A DNA stretch of 64,000 bases from Planctomycetota bacterium (GTDB taxonomy: Bacteria > Planctomycetota > Planctomycetia > Planctomycetales > Planctomycetaceae). Shown here one piece after another: positions 55,856 through 64,000 of the stretch (positions are counted from its first letter, which is position 1; each line of letters begins with the position of its first letter). The DNA lies in assembly GCA_043777375.1 (NCBI GenBank), contig JAYWHX010000009.1, forward strand, positions 94,918-158,917, given 5' to 3'. The position numbers and the translations under genes are program-made. The notes beneath the pieces were generated by a model. That model saw nothing but the letters and a program-made list of their open reading frames with translations. It was not told the origin of the DNA and did no database searches.

Positions 55856-57925
55856 TTAGGTCAGCCCGAGGGCTTGAAGAATCAGATCGATCAGCTTGAT
55901 ACCTACGAACGGAACCAGCAGACCTCCCAGGCCGTACACCAACAGGTTGCGGCGGAGCAACAGGTCAGCTCCCACCGCGCGGTACGCGACTCCACGCAGC
56001 GCCAATGGAATCAGGACCACAATCACCAGAGCATTGAAGATGACCGCCGATAGAATCGCGCTCGAGGGTGTCGCCAGGCCCATCACATTGAGCCGAGTCA
56101 GCTCGGGGTAAGTCGTGGCGAACGCCGCCGGAATGATTGCGAAGTACTTCGACACATCATTCGCAATGCTGAACGTGGTCAACGCTCCGCGCGTCATTAA
56201 CAGCTGCTTTCCGATCTCAACAATCTCGATCAGCTTGGTCGGGTTCGAGTCGAGGTCGACCATGTTGCCAGCTTCTTTGGCGGCTTGAGTTCCGCTGTTC
56301 ATGGCAACCGCGACATCGGCTTGCGCCAGTGCGGGTGAGTCGTTGGTTCCATCACCGGTCATTGCGACGAGTCGACCGCCCGCCTGATACTCACGGATTA
56401 GTTTGAGCTTGGCCTCGGGCGTCGCCTGAGCCAGGAAGTCATCGACCCCCGCTTCGGCAGCGATGGCCGCAGCTGTCAGGGGGTTATCGCCGGTGATCAT
56501 CACGGTCTTGATGCCCATGCGACGGAGTTGGGCGAACCGCTCTCGCATCCCCCCCTTGACGATGTCCTTCAGATAGACCGCCCCCAAGGCTCGGTTGCCA
56601 TCGCAAACGACCAGCGGCGTTCCGCCCTGTTTCGAGATCTGATCGACGGAATTCCGCAGGGAAGCCGGAAAGTCACCGCCCAGTTCCTTCACATGAGTTT
56701 CCACGGCATTGGCAGCTCCCTTGCGAATGCGACGGCTCTCAATGTCGACCCCGCTCATCCGCGTCTGGGCGGTGAATGGAATGAAGTGCGCCTTCAGAGA
56801 CTGCATGTCACGTCCACGCAATCCGTACTTTTCCTTCGCGAGGATGACGATGCTGCGACCTTCGGGAGTCTCGTCCGCCAAGGACGAGAGCTGGGCGGCA
56901 TCAGCGAGGCGCTCCATCGTGACTCCCTCGGCAGGAATGAACTCCACAGCTTGCCGGTTGCCGAGCGTAATCGTCCCGGTCTTGTCCAGGAGCAGCACAT
57001 CCACATCTCCCGCAGCTTCAACAGCGCGGCCCGAGGTCGCGATGACGTTGGCTTGAATCATGCGGTCCATCCCGGCGATTCCAATGGCTGAGAGCAGCCC
57101 TCCGATTGTCGTCGGAATCAGACACACCAGGAGAGCGACCACCACCGTCAGCGTAATGGGAACCCCCTTGCCAGCAGCCAGGACCGCATACTGCGAGAAC
57201 GGAATCAGCGTGGCACACGCCAGCAGGAAGATGATCGTCATCGCAGCTAGCAGAATGTCGAGAGCGATCTCGTTGGGGGTCTTCTGCCGCTTGGCCCCTT
57301 CGACCAATGAGATCATGCGGTCCAGGAATGTCTCTCCGGGATTCGCGGAGATGCGGACGATCAGCCAGTCGGAGAGGACCAGAGTCCCGCCGGTCACACT
57401 GCTACGGTCGCCTCCGCTTTCGCGAATGACGGGAGCGCTTTCGCCGGTGATCGCGGCCTCGTTCACAGAGGCGATCCCTTCGATGACCTCACCATCCGCC
57501 GGGATGTACTCATTGGGCCCGACCAGAACCACGTCTCCCTTTCGCAGTTGAGAGGCAGCAACACTCTCTGACGCCGCATCGCGTTTGGGTTCGCGAAGCC
57601 GTTTGGCTTGGACATCCTTACGAGAGTTCCGCAAGGCATCCGCTTGAGCCTTTCCACGTCCTTCGGCCATTGCCTCGGCGAAGTTCGCAAACAGCACCGT
57701 AAACCACAGCCAGGCCGAGATGGCCAGGATGAAGCCCGCTGGCTCCGCTCCGGGACGCGTCAATGCTTGCACGTACAGGACGGTCGTCAGGGCACTTCCC
57801 AGAAAGACGGTGAACATCACCGGATTTCGAATCTGGTGCCGAGGGTTCAATTTCAGAACCGACTCCCAGAGTGCCCGTCGAACGATCGGCGGATCGAACA
57901 GGGGACGGGATTGTTTGTTAGACAT
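55856..57925 (-). CDS. kdpB: Potassium-transporting P-type ATPase subunit KdpB
   Basis: DKTGTIT phosphorylation site, MTGDN and [12 protein letters not shown] chose the start at MSNKQS. Confidence 0.95.
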   Translation of the reverse strand: MSNKQSRPLFDPPIVRRALWESVLKLNPRHQIRNPVMFTVFLGSALTTVLYVQALTRPGAEPAGFILAISAWLWFTVLFANFAEAMAEGRGKAQADALRNSRKDVQAKRLREPKRDAASESVAASQLRKGDVVLVGPNEYIPADGEVIEGIASVNEAAITGESAPVIRESGGDRSSVTGGTLVLSDWLIVRISANPGETFLDRMISLVEGAKRQKTPNEIALDILLAAMTIIFLLACATLIPFSQYAVLAAGKGVPITLTVVVALLVCLIPTTIGGLLSAIGIAGMDRMIQANVIATSGRAVEAAGDVDVLLLDKTGTITLGNRQAVEFIPAEGVTMERLADAAQLSSLADETPEGRSIVILAKEKYGLRGRDMQSLKAHFIPFTAQTRMSGVDIESRRIRKGAANAVETHVKELGGDFPASLRNSVDQISKQGGTPLVVCDGNRALGAVYLKDIVKGGMRERFAQLRRMGIKTVMITGDNPLTAAAIAAEAGVDDFLAQATPEAKLKLIREYQAGGRLVAMTGDGTNDSPALAQADVAVAMNSGTQAAKEAGNMVDLDSNPTKLIEIVEIGKQLLMTRGALTTFSIANDVSKYFAIIPAAFATTYPELTRLNVMGLATPSSAILSAVIFNALVIVVLIPLALRGVAYRAVGADLLLRRNLLVYGLGGLLVPFVGIKLIDLILQALGLT

Positions 57926-58091
57926 GATTCTATTCTTCCACAGAGAACGGTTGAAGTCGTCGGTGTGGCAGCTTGGGAGCAAGCTGCCGTCATCGGGAGG
58001 GCGAGGCTCCTGCCGAGCCGTGTATGCGAGCAGACATTGTCTTAGACTCGCGGCTCAGCAGGAGCTTCGCCCTCCCGAACTCGACACAGCT

Positions 58092-59852
58092 CTATTGATT
58101 CGCAGCTGTCAGCTGCAGGTGTTCGACAATCGGTCCCAGCGCCAGAGCCGGAACAAATGTGAGGGCTCCCACGAGCACGACAATGCCCGCCAGCAATACG
58201 ACAAACAGGGGCGTATGTGTCGGCAGCGTGCCCGCTGATGTCGGGGTCTGCTTCTTCTTCGCCAGTGAGCCTGCGATGGCGAGGATGGGAATGATCAGCC
58301 AAAAGCGAGACACAAACATCGCGATGCCCAGGAGCGTGTTGTAGAACAGGTTGTTGACTCCGATCCCGGCAAAGGCACTGCCGTTGTTGTTGCCCGCAGA
58401 CGACAACGCATACAAGATTTGGCTGAACCCATGCGGGCCAGGATTGCTGACCGTGGAGCGCCCGGCATCCAGTGACACGGCGAGGGCGGTCCCTCCCAGA
58501 ACCATCATCGGCGGGATCAGGATCACCAGAGCTGCCATCTTCATTTCATAAGCCTCGATCTTCTTCCCGAGATATTCGGGGGTTCGACCGACCATCAGTC
58601 CCGCGATAAACACCGCCACGATCGCGAAGATCAGCAGCCCATACAGACCGCTGCCGACGCCGCCGAAGATCACTTCCCCGAGCTGCATCAACCACATCGG
58701 AGTCAGTCCCCCCAGTGGGGTGTACGAGTCATGCATGGAGTTCACACTCCCGTTCGAAGCCGCAGTCGTGGCTGCCGCCCACAGGACTGACGAGCCGACT
58801 CCGAAGCGGGTTTCTTTCCCCTCCATGTTGCCACCGCTCTGCTGAGTGGTGGCGATGGCATCCACACCCATGCTGGTCAGGCGCGGATTTCCTTGTGCTT
58901 CAGCCCACAACGAAAGACAGAGCATCGGCACGAACACGACCAGCATAACAGCGAGCAGCGCCCAGCCTTGCCGTGTGTCATGCACCATGTCTCCGAACGT
59001 GTAACATAGAGCTGCGGGGATCAGCACGATTGCCAGCACTTGGAGAAAGTTGCTGAGAGGTGTCGGGTTCTCCAGCGGGTGAGCGGAGTTCACACCGAAG
59101 AAGCCGCCGCCGTTGGTGCCCAGTTGCTTGATCGCAATCTGCGATGCGGCGGGCCCCTGAGGAATCATTTGGGTGGTTACTACATTGCCATCGGCATCGG
59201 TCATGGGATCAAGGACCGAAACCTCGACTGCAGAGCCGAAGCTCTGGACCACTCCTTGTGACACAAGAGCCATGGCAAGCAGAAAAGACATGGGAATCAG
59301 GATGTAGAGAGTCGATCGAGTCAGGTCGACCCAAAAGTTGCCGATCGTCTCTGTATTCTTTCGGGTCAGTCCGCGAATCAACGCGACCAGGACAGCCATA
59401 CCCGTCGCTGCCGACAGAAAGTTCTGCACGGTCAGCCCAAGCATCTGACTCAGGTAGCTCAGCGTCGACTCGCCACTGTAGGCTTGCCAATTCGTGTTCG
59501 AGGCAAAACTGATCGCAGTATTGAACGCCAGATCCGGGGCCACATTTCCCAGCTGTTGCGGGTTGAGCGGCAGTACCGCCTGGAACCGCTGCAAGCCATA
59601 GACCGCCAGCACCCCCAGCAGATTGAAGAGGAGCATCGCTGTGGCATATTGCCGCCACGACATCTCGTCCTCGGAGCGCACTCCACTCAGCCGGTAAAAC
59701 AATCGTTCCATTGGCGAGAGGAGCCGGTCCAAACCACACGACTCACCGCGATAGACTCTGGCCATGTACCAGCCCAATGGCTTCGCTAAAACCAGGAGCA
59801 CACCAAAAAACGCGATGATTTCCAGAACCGCATAGATATTCACGAGAACCAC
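58092..59852 (-). CDS. kdpA: Potassium-transporting ATPase subunit KdpA
   Basis: 586-aa polytopic protein with NTNWQ, TNGGGF and GNNGSAF selectivity-filter-like motifs. It has a GTG start. Confidence 0.95.
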   Translation of the reverse strand: MVLVNIYAVLEIIAFFGVLLVLAKPLGWYMARVYRGESCGLDRLLSPMERLFYRLSGVRSEDEMSWRQYATAMLLFNLLGVLAVYGLQRFQAVLPLNPQQLGNVAPDLAFNTAISFASNTNWQAYSGESTLSYLSQMLGLTVQNFLSAATGMAVLVALIRGLTRKNTETIGNFWVDLTRSTLYILIPMSFLLAMALVSQGVVQSFGSAVEVSVLDPMTDADGNVVTTQMIPQGPAASQIAIKQLGTNGGGFFGVNSAHPLENPTPLSNFLQVLAIVLIPAALCYTFGDMVHDTRQGWALLAVMLVVFVPMLCLSLWAEAQGNPRLTSMGVDAIATTQQSGGNMEGKETRFGVGSSVLWAAATTAASNGSVNSMHDSYTPLGGLTPMWLMQLGEVIFGGVGSGLYGLLIFAIVAVFIAGLMVGRTPEYLGKKIEAYEMKMAALVILIPPMMVLGGTALAVSLDAGRSTVSNPGPHGFSQILYALSSAGNNNGSAFAGIGVNNLFYNTLLGIAMFVSRFWLIIPILAIAGSLAKKKQTPTSAGTLPTHTPLFVVLLAGIVVLVGALTFVPALALGPIVEHLQLTAANQ

Positions 59853-59932
59853 TCCGGACAGAGCATGGCAAACAACAGATACAGCATCAGGCCACCTGCC
59901 GAGACGGCGGCCAACAGTTGAATGGGGTCCAT
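59840..59932 (-). CDS. kdpF: KdpF subunit (30 aa)
   Basis: MDPIQLLAAVSAGGLMLYLLFAMLCPEWFS matches the KdpF consensus ending YL..AL..PE.F. It overlaps the kdpA start by 13 nt. It is absent from the ORF track because it is under 60 aa. Confidence 0.75.
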   Translation of the reverse strand: MDPIQLLAAVSAGGLMLYLLFAMLCPEWFS

Positions 59933-59933
59933 A

Positions 59934-60023
59934 TCACTTCTTCTCCAGCCGGACACAACCGGCAATCAAAAGTCCGCTCAGCAGGGACAACCCCGCGAGC
60001 ACTGACAAAAACACGATGTCCAT
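59934..60023 (-). CDS. Additional 29-aa hydrophobic peptide upstream of kdpF
   Basis: MDIVFLSVLAGLSLLSGLLIAGCVRLEKK. A strong AAGGAGA lies 7 nt before the ATG, and the stop is 1 nt before the kdpF ATG. Confidence 0.5.
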   Translation of the reverse strand: MDIVFLSVLAGLSLLSGLLIAGCVRLEKK

Positions 60024-60365
60024 TACTCTTTCTCCTTGACGTGCAAGTTCTGCTGCTGAATTCGTCCTAATCGTAGAGGGAGCTGCGTAAAATGGGTGTA
60101 AGAAGATGACGTGACCACATAAGGACCGTATAAGGAATTCGGAAACGCTGACTGACTCTCGACTTTCCCTGTCAGTGAGTCGTCTTGGGAGGCATGCATT
60201 CAGCGATCTTTGCAAAGTCATGATCCCGCGAGATACAGTTTTTGCGCCATTTTTATGCGACACCTGCTCTAATTGAATCTGGTTCAGAGAAGCCAGAGGG
60301 CACATTCACGGATTCGGACCTATGCCTCTTCTCCCCCCGATTCGCTGACCAAGGAGATCGACACC

Positions 60366-60692
60366 ATGTCACAAACAACCACCTGCCCCGGATGCCATCG
60401 CAAGAGTGGAGTCGACGAATCAATGATCGGGCGGTTCATTCGCTGTGAACAGTGCCGGTGCATGTACTATGTCGTAGTTCCGCCGTTGGGAGAGGAGCGA
60501 AGCGAGTGGACATCCGTCGCGGCGACCAGCTCGGTCTCGGGAACGAGCGACACCAGCCCTGCTCCTCGGCGAGCAGAAACAGAGGCTGAGATTCTCAATC
60601 GCCGAATTCGGAATTTGACCTCGCTCGTACTCCTCAGCCTGTTAATCAGTTTGATCGTTCTCGTATTGGCGGTAATTCAATTCCTCAAGTGA
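60366..60692 (+). CDS. Zinc-ribbon protein with C-terminal TM anchor
   Basis: CPGC...17 residues...CEQC Cys pairs, a Ser/Thr-rich linker and the TM segment LVLLSLLISLIVLVLAVI. AAGGAG lies upstream of the ATG. Confidence 0.55.
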   Translation: MSQTTTCPGCHRKSGVDESMIGRFIRCEQCRCMYYVVVPPLGEERSEWTSVAATSSVSGTSDTSPAPRRAETEAEILNRRIRNLTSLVLLSLLISLIVLVLAVIQFLK

Positions 60693-60799
60693 TGGAATTG
60701 AAGGAGGGACGCTGCGCCAGCTCGGAAGTCACGTGAGTCACAAGAACAATGTCCCAGAGTGTCGCCCTTATCGGGGAAAAAGGCGACACACGTCTCGCC

Positions 60800-61879
60800 T
60801 CACGGTATCGAAAATTGCGTCAGCAGATCACTGACTACCGGTGGGTGCGGCGAGATCAGCAGCTCTCCGGCGGCGAGGCCGGTCAGGCCGCCGAGGAGTT
60901 TGGCCTGTGCCTCGACCATGCGGAACACCCGCTCCTTCCCCGGCGGGAATTGGGTTTGATAGGCCCGGATCGAGGCGAGTTTGGTCTCCAGCGTCTCGCC
61001 GATGTCGATCACGAAACTCCCTGGGGTTTCATGCGTGGCTGACGCCCAACCCAGGGGATACCAGATCAGCTTTTGGATCGTATGCACCGGCAGGCCGTCG
61101 AACTCCGTATCCCACTTCGACAGCCGCGAGTAGAACACAGCTGCGTCGGTAATCTGCATGGCTTGCCAATGATCGGGTGAGGCCATGGGGGTTTTGCCGT
61201 AGATGCCGAGGACGACCTTCGGGCGGTACTTGCGGAAGACTTTGGCCAGCGCGACGCGGGCTTCGTAGCTATCAAAGAGTCGCCGGTTGGGGAGATCGAG
61301 CGTCAGTCGCATCTGCACGCCCAGGATCTGGGCGGCGGCTTGTGCCTCCGCGAGGCGCACCTCGGGGCCGGGGCTGCCGGGGGTCGGCTCGCCATCGGTC
61401 AGGTCGACGATCCCGACACGGTGGCCCTGCTTCACGAGCTTGGCCAGCGTGCCACCGATGGCGATCTCGACATCATCGGGATGGGCTCCGACGGCGATCA
61501 GATCGAGCGGTTGGATTGTCGCAGCTTCCGGATCAAACTTCGGTTGGAGCGAGTATTCAAGGGGACGATATGTCCCGTCGCCCCAAACCACAAAATGTTC
61601 CTCCGAGTGTTCGTACGCTGTCTTTCGAAAACGGGAGTTCTGTGGAGGATTGAGGTAGACATGATGCCGCCCTCGCCAACCGATGTTGCAGTGCGCATTG
61701 CCCTGCTCGTCGGTGACAAAAACATTGTTCCCGCCATCCCCACCGTCTGCCCCGATCAGGCACAACCCAACTTCCACGCCAGCGACTGGTTCACGGGTAT
61801 CAGCGGCAACAATGCGAATCGAGATCGACATGAGAACTGTTCCGGGTCCGTAGAGAGTCGGTGTTGCGGCTGACGACAC
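60800..61879 (-). CDS. PIG-L/LmbE family deacetylase with ~110-aa N-terminal beta-sandwich-like extension
   Basis: [18 protein letters not shown] motif and SPDH. It is a paralogue of the 40586-41350 gene. The N-terminus ([19 protein letters not shown]...VTDEQGNA) resembles a carboxypeptidase-regulatory-like fold. Confidence 0.75.
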   Translation of the reverse strand: MSSAATPTLYGPGTVLMSISIRIVAADTREPVAGVEVGLCLIGADGGDGGNNVFVTDEQGNAHCNIGWRGRHHVYLNPPQNSRFRKTAYEHSEEHFVVWGDGTYRPLEYSLQPKFDPEAATIQPLDLIAVGAHPDDVEIAIGGTLAKLVKQGHRVGIVDLTDGEPTPGSPGPEVRLAEAQAAAQILGVQMRLTLDLPNRRLFDSYEARVALAKVFRKYRPKVVLGIYGKTPMASPDHWQAMQITDAAVFYSRLSKWDTEFDGLPVHTIQKLIWYPLGWASATHETPGSFVIDIGETLETKLASIRAYQTQFPPGKERVFRMVEAQAKLLGGLTGLAAGELLISPHPPVVSDLLTQFSIP

Positions 61880-61900
61880 CGAGAAGGCGATGCAAGTGAC

Positions 61901-63172
61901 CTATTCATTCGTGGCGGGGTTCAAAAACTGCTTGATCGTCTTTACCAGTCGATTGGGGTGCGTCAAGTACGGATAGTGCCCGGCGAGTGGGAACGGCTCT
62001 GACCGGCAATTCGGCAAGCAGGTCCCGAAATCTTCGCTCAACTTCGCCAGCGCGAGTCCTTCTCCTTCCGTGCGAATGACCAGCACCGGTGCTTTGATCT
62101 CCGGCACAACTTCGCTCCAGTCAGCTGTGCTGGCAGCGATCAAGCGGTGCGAGACCTGCCCCACCGGGGACGCTCCCAACTCATCGAGCAGGAACTGATA
62201 CCGGGTCGGGTCGAATGGCGGGAAGTATCCTTGATGGTTCTGCTGCTGAACTCGCAGCCAACCCGGCAGTGTCGACATCGGGCGGGAGAGTCGCTGTCCG
62301 ATGCGGTAGAAGAACCGCTCACGTGTTCGCGTCGGTTGGCGGAGTACCGGGCCTTGCAGGATGACGTGTCCGACTCGATCAGGGTGATTCTTCAAGAGTG
62401 ACAAAGCGACATGACATCCAAAGTCTGCGGCATACAAATCCAACCGATTGTGGCCCAGTGAATTGGCCAGTCGGCAGATCGCCTCTGCGGTCTGGTCGAG
62501 GAGTAAGCGTGGCTGCGATTTCCAAATCGGCGACGCAAGCATGACGCAGGTGTACTCTTCCTTGAGCAAGTATGCCGTCAATGCAAAGAGCCGAGTCGAC
62601 CCGGTCGCGCCGCCGATGAAATAGAGCGGCGGACCCGACCCGTACACGGTGGCCAACATTTCCCCATGCTCCAGCTGGACCGAAATTCGCTGGCACTCCG
62701 ACTCCACAGCTGTGACCACATCGACCCAGTTCAGCGGCGTCGGGCATGGTTCGCGCGGCGGCGCGGCGGGTGGGGCGGATGTGGCTGGGTCGGGACTGAT
62801 GGTGGACACTCGGTGACCTCGTGCGAGAGACCGCTGGCGGAACAGACTCCGAAACAGTCGTCTCAATGAGTCTGAATGGTCGTGGGGACGATCGCAACTC
62901 ACAGGGGTCCGGCGACTTTGAACACGCGGTGTGTCTCCAGATTGAATGGCACCTGAATGCTCTCCCAACGGCTCTCGGATTCTCATCACCAGTCTCCGCG
63001 TGTCGGCCACAACACCAGCCGCTAGCCCGCTGCGCCAGCTGACCGGGTCTCTCCTCAATTTCATCAGCGCGATCCGTACCTTAAAACAGGCCAGACTCGA
63101 ATCGCGCGAATGGAAACTCCGCATTCTGGACAATGACCTACCCTGCGGGCTAAGTTGCCGATATTGGAACAC
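61901..63172 (-). CDS. Alpha/beta hydrolase with probable Asp nucleophile (epoxide hydrolase / dehalogenase-like); start uncertain
   Basis: The core begins near [11 protein letters not shown]. The nucleophile elbow reads [12 protein letters not shown], with D where Ser usually sits. The first ~150 aa of the ORF are Arg/Ser-rich and may not be translated; an ATG at 62986 is one alternative start. Confidence 0.55.
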   Translation of the reverse strand: MFQYRQLSPQGRSLSRMRSFHSRDSSLACFKVRIALMKLRRDPVSWRSGLAAGVVADTRRLVMRIREPLGEHSGAIQSGDTPRVQSRRTPVSCDRPHDHSDSLRRLFRSLFRQRSLARGHRVSTISPDPATSAPPAAPPREPCPTPLNWVDVVTAVESECQRISVQLEHGEMLATVYGSGPPLYFIGGATGSTRLFALTAYLLKEEYTCVMLASPIWKSQPRLLLDQTAEAICRLANSLGHNRLDLYAADFGCHVALSLLKNHPDRVGHVILQGPVLRQPTRTRERFFYRIGQRLSRPMSTLPGWLRVQQQNHQGYFPPFDPTRYQFLLDELGASPVGQVSHRLIAASTADWSEVVPEIKAPVLVIRTEGEGLALAKLSEDFGTCLPNCRSEPFPLAGHYPYLTHPNRLVKTIKQFLNPATNE

Positions 63173-63193
63173 ATCAACTCCTGGAGATTCGTT

Positions 63194-64000
63194 ATGAGTC
63201 AGGCACCAAACTCAACCAGTCGGCGGCAATTCCTCAATGCCACGATCGCAGTGGGAGCAACCGCCTTCGCAGCTCCGGCGATTTTGCGGGCAGCAGGGTT
63301 GAATGAGAAGCTGCATATTGGAGTGGTCGGTTGCGGGGGTCGTGGCGGGGCGAACTTTGAGCAGATGCTCGGCGAGACGGTGGTCGCCCTGTGCGATGTG
63401 AACAAGAACGCGGTCGATTACGCGAGCGGAAAGGTCAAAGGGGCCAAGACCTTTTCTGACTATCGCAAGATGTACGAGGACTTGAAGGAGGGGGAGTACG
63501 ACGCCGTTGTGGTGAGTACACCAGAACACACACATGCGTTTGCCATGCTGCCTGCTCTGAAGGCCAAGAAGCATGTCTACTGCGAGAAGCCACTGACGCA
63601 CAATGTGAAAGAAGCTCGCATCATCACCGAAGCCGCGAAGGCCGCCGGGGTCGCGACGCAAATGGGGACACAGATTCATGCCGAGAACAATTACCGGCGA
63701 GTGGTCGAGCTGGTGCAGGGAGGTGCGATCGGCGCGGTGAGTGAGGTGCATGTGTGGGCCGGGCGGGCGTGGGGATTGCAGTCACCCGAAGAGGCCAAGG
63801 CCAACGGCGACATCGTGTCGGTACAGAACCGCCCCGAAGGTTCGTCACCGATCCCGCCGAACCTCGATTGGGATCTGTGGCTGGGCCCAGCTCCCGAGCG
63901 TCCATTTCACGAGGTCTACTTCCCCGGGCCCAAGTGGTATCGCTGGTGGGATTTTGCCAATGGCACGATGTCCGACCTCGGCAGCCATTGGATCGACCTG
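63194..64000 (+). CDS. Gfo/Idh/MocA family oxidoreductase with Tat signal (3' end outside window)
   Basis: My own translation gives [28 protein letters not shown] (twin-arginine), then [11 protein letters not shown] Rossmann and EKPL motifs. The ORF is open to the window edge, so it is absent from the ORF track. Confidence 0.8.
   Translation, partial: MSQAPNSTSRRQFLNATIAVGATAFAAPAILRAAGLNEKLHIGVVGCGGRGGANFEQMLGETVVALCDVNKNAVDYASGKVKGAKTFSDYRKMYEDLKEGEYDAVVVSTPEHTHAFAMLPALKAKKHVYCEKPLTHNVKEARIITEAAKAAGVATQMGTQIHAENNYRRVVELVQGGAIGAVSEVHVWAGRAWGLQSPEEAKANGDIVSVQNRPEGSSPIPPNLDWDLWLGPAPERPFHEVYFPGPKWYRWWDFANGTMSDLGSHWIDL

Noticed and set aside
60759-60789. 8-bp stem (gtgtcgcc/ggcgacac) between the zinc-ribbon gene and the PIG-L gene, considered as a terminator
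   Set aside because: The stem is short, the loop is 15 nt, and there is no U-tract on either strand. It is too weak to annotate.

Overview
A 64-kb chromosomal segment, roughly 55-60% GC by eye. The gene content points to a Planctomycetota-type genome: two DUF1559 / H-X9-DG prepilin-like proteins, a Tat-signal Gfo/Idh/MocA oxidoreductase, a giant beta-helix surface protein and many short palindromic repeats. In window order it holds: a 7-gene Tad-like pilus operon on the minus strand (413-7729); a pepF / small membrane protein / SUKH-like operon; a hicAB toxin-antitoxin pair; an EboE-like TIM-barrel gene; a 1819-aa inverse-autotransporter-like surface protein; a sulfotransferase; kdsD followed by a 1050-aa membrane-anchored protein and a class B PBP; an FtsX-type permease; rsmD; an ANL-family fatty-acid CoA ligase-like gene; DUF58; a somewhat AT-richer islet holding one DUF1559 gene; glyA; uvdE; a 4-gene redox/deaminase operon; a tungstate-type ABC transporter (tupBCA) with a ModE-like regulator; and a complete kdp locus (extra peptide-kdpFABC-kdpDE). 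I recognised no rRNA, tRNA, CRISPR array, transposase or integrase. The strongest observations are: (1) two palindromic MITE/REP-like elements sit in frame inside the ANL ligase ORF without breaking it, and related palindromes lie in intergenic regions; (2) the N-terminal intimin-type barrel is fused to a very long parallel beta-helix passenger; (3) the kdsD-adjacent 1050-aa protein could be a concatenated LptC/LptA-like bridge; (4) the Tad operon lacks pilin, secretin and TadZ, and its CpaB carries a Gly/Tyr-rich tail; (5) a second 29-aa hydrophobic peptide lies upstream of kdpF. All functional calls come from motif recognition by eye. No database search was run.
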